Origin: Histomonas meleagridis 2922-C6/04-290x
Lineage: Eukaryota > Protista > Parabasalia
Direction: 5' to 3'
Length of the DNA: 64,000 nt
Assembly (NCBI GenBank): GCA_020184695.1
Contig: JAANOX010000128.1
Span: 62,001-126,000, forward strand
Shown: piece by piece, positions 62,621-64,000 of the stretch
How positions within the stretch are numbered: the stretch's first letter is position 1
How the letters are laid out: every line of letters starts with the position of its first letter
Made by a program: the position numbers and the translations under genes
Notes under the pieces: generated by a model
The model's database searches: none
Told to the model about the DNA's origin: nothing
What the model saw: the letters and a program-made list of their open reading frames with translations, nothing else

Positions 62621-64000
62621 ATGGCGGTATGCATTTTCTTTGCATTTTGTCATTCAATCGAATATTTTGTAAGTTGGAATGGAGACAATCGAACAATATG
62701 CCACTCGTTGTGGCCTTGTAAATGGGAAGTTGCAATAAATTTATTTAAACGAGATGATATAATCCAAATTACAGATCCCATACTTCAAACGGAAGAACAA
62801 CTAAGAATCTTCCAGAACATGACAAAATATGTTCTGGAAACAGGTGGTGGTATTGCTTCTAGTGTTCAAACTAAAATTGATGGAACTGTTTTTGAACAAA
62901 ACGAAACAGATTTTTTCCTTGAAATTTCACCTTTTAATGATTCTTTTATTTTTGGTTTTGATTTCATCAAATTTCATCATCCAATAATTTCAGTTCGAGG
63001 AAATGAGTTTTTTCTAATTACTAATTGTTCCTTTTACAATAGTTCTGTTATGTATGATTATCCTCTTCTTTCCTTTTGCAATGTTACTGGCATATTATCC
63101 AACACCACCATTTATAATAATTATATTGAAGGATCTTCAGTCTTCGGGTTAAGTACTAGTTCTCTAGGCTTTTATAATGGGAGTATCCAAAACAATGTAC
63201 AACTTTCTCGAGGTTCTATTCCATTAATTGAAGTATCAAATGCAGTTATTGAATTTACAAATTCCACGATTCTCAATAATTCCACTCCAAACTCGCCACT
63301 TTTTGGCTATTGGCTTTATGGTATTATTTATGCGACCAACACTACGATAAGTAATAATTTTTGTGGTCATTCCGCGTTAATTGTTGGCGATTCCATCACA
63401 AATCTCACAATATATAACTCGACAATTTCTAATAACAATGCGGCATTTGTTCATTCCATGTGTAAATCGATGATAAATATAACTAGTTCAGTTATCAAAG
63501 AGAACATCATTATTAATCACGCATTAATATATTCACCACAATCCACAGTTTATATTACTAATAATTCATATCTTGTGGAAAACATTGCCGAAAATATAAT
63601 TTCATCGAAAGGTTATAATGAAACGTATTTATATTTTGATTACGCTGTTTTAACTAATAACACGCATAATGATATTGGGTTTTCTTTAACAGAATCCAAT
63701 TCTTTTCTGAATAATTCATACTTAAGTTCGAATAATGGTATAAATAATTCGACTTTTCTATTAAATTCTTCAAACTTAAGTTTATATCAAACTTCGTTTT
63801 TTAATAATTGGGTAATAAATAATGGAAATGTTGTCCAAACTTTAAACACTAATTTGGATATAAGAAATAGCGCTTTTTACCAAAACGTTGGAAATCAAAG
63901 CGGTGTTTTTGTGGTTTTAACTCAAAAGCCAAATAAAACTATTTATTATCATTTTGAGAATTCGTATTTCTTGTATAACATTGGTAACGAAGTAAGTTCT
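62621..64000 (+). CDS. Secreted/surface right-handed beta-helix (pectin-lyase/Pmp-like) protein, truncated at the right edge
   Basis: My translation from the ATG at 62621 is open for 460 codons to the window end. Signal peptide, VSWNGD..C....PC motif, and many I.NSTI.NN / F.NN repeats. Absent from the track because there is no stop. Confidence 0.78.
   Translation, partial: MAVCIFFAFCHSIEYFVSWNGDNRTICHSLWPCKWEVAINLFKRDDIIQITDPILQTEEQLRIFQNMTKYVLETGGGIASSVQTKIDGTVFEQNETDFFLEISPFNDSFIFGFDFIKFHHPIISVRGNEFFLITNCSFYNSSVMYDYPLLSFCNVTGILSNTTIYNNYIEGSSVFGLSTSSLGFYNGSIQNNVQLSRGSIPLIEVSNAVIEFTNSTILNNSTPNSPLFGYWLYGIIYATNTTISNNFCGHSALIVGDSITNLTIYNSTISNNNAAFVHSMCKSMINITSSVIKENIIINHALIYSPQSTVYITNNSYLVENIAENIISSKGYNETYLYFDYAVLTNNTHNDIGFSLTESNSFLNNSYLSSNNGINNSTFLLNSSNLSLYQTSFFNNWVINNGNVVQTLNTNLDIRNSAFYQNVGNQSGVFVVLTQKPNKTIYYHFENSYFLYNIGNEVSS

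Overview
This is AT-rich (roughly 28-30% GC by eye), gene-dense eukaryotic nuclear DNA in the standard genetic code, with no introns I could identify. It is almost certainly a parabasalid (Trichomonas/Tritrichomonas/Histomonas-like). The evidence is BspA-like LRR surface genes, DUF3447-ankyrin relics, an IBD-like protein, a NAF-domain CIPK, and Inr/M3/M5-type core promoter motifs; the species cannot be assigned from the sequence. The window holds about 33 protein genes: long-chain acyl-CoA ligase, TRIM37-like, Ubl-S27a, CTD phosphatase, CCT6-like, cyclin, RhoGEF, Rab, Hop1, SCAMP, PCI protein, Argonaute/Piwi, NEK-GTPase fusion, TOR, CIPK, TrpRS-like, RPLP1, HMG, eIF1A, BAR, RhoGAP and others. 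It also contains one tRNA-Asp(GTC), a decayed P-superfamily transposase and several pseudogene relics. Most interesting: (1) a 22-codon Cys-rich metallothionein-like/CaaX micro-gene with its own Inr and poly(A)-type signals, missed by the ORF track; (2) three apparently intact genes with degenerate catalytic motifs (pseudo-TrpRS retaining its anticodon domain, slicer-dead Argonaute, CCT6 lacking GDGTT); (3) a bacterial-type GH129-like glycosidase with a signal peptide and membrane anchor; (4) a NEK kinase-Rab-like GTPase fusion; (5) a BspA gene interrupted only by in-frame TAA codons. All family calls are from motif recognition by eye; no database searches were run.
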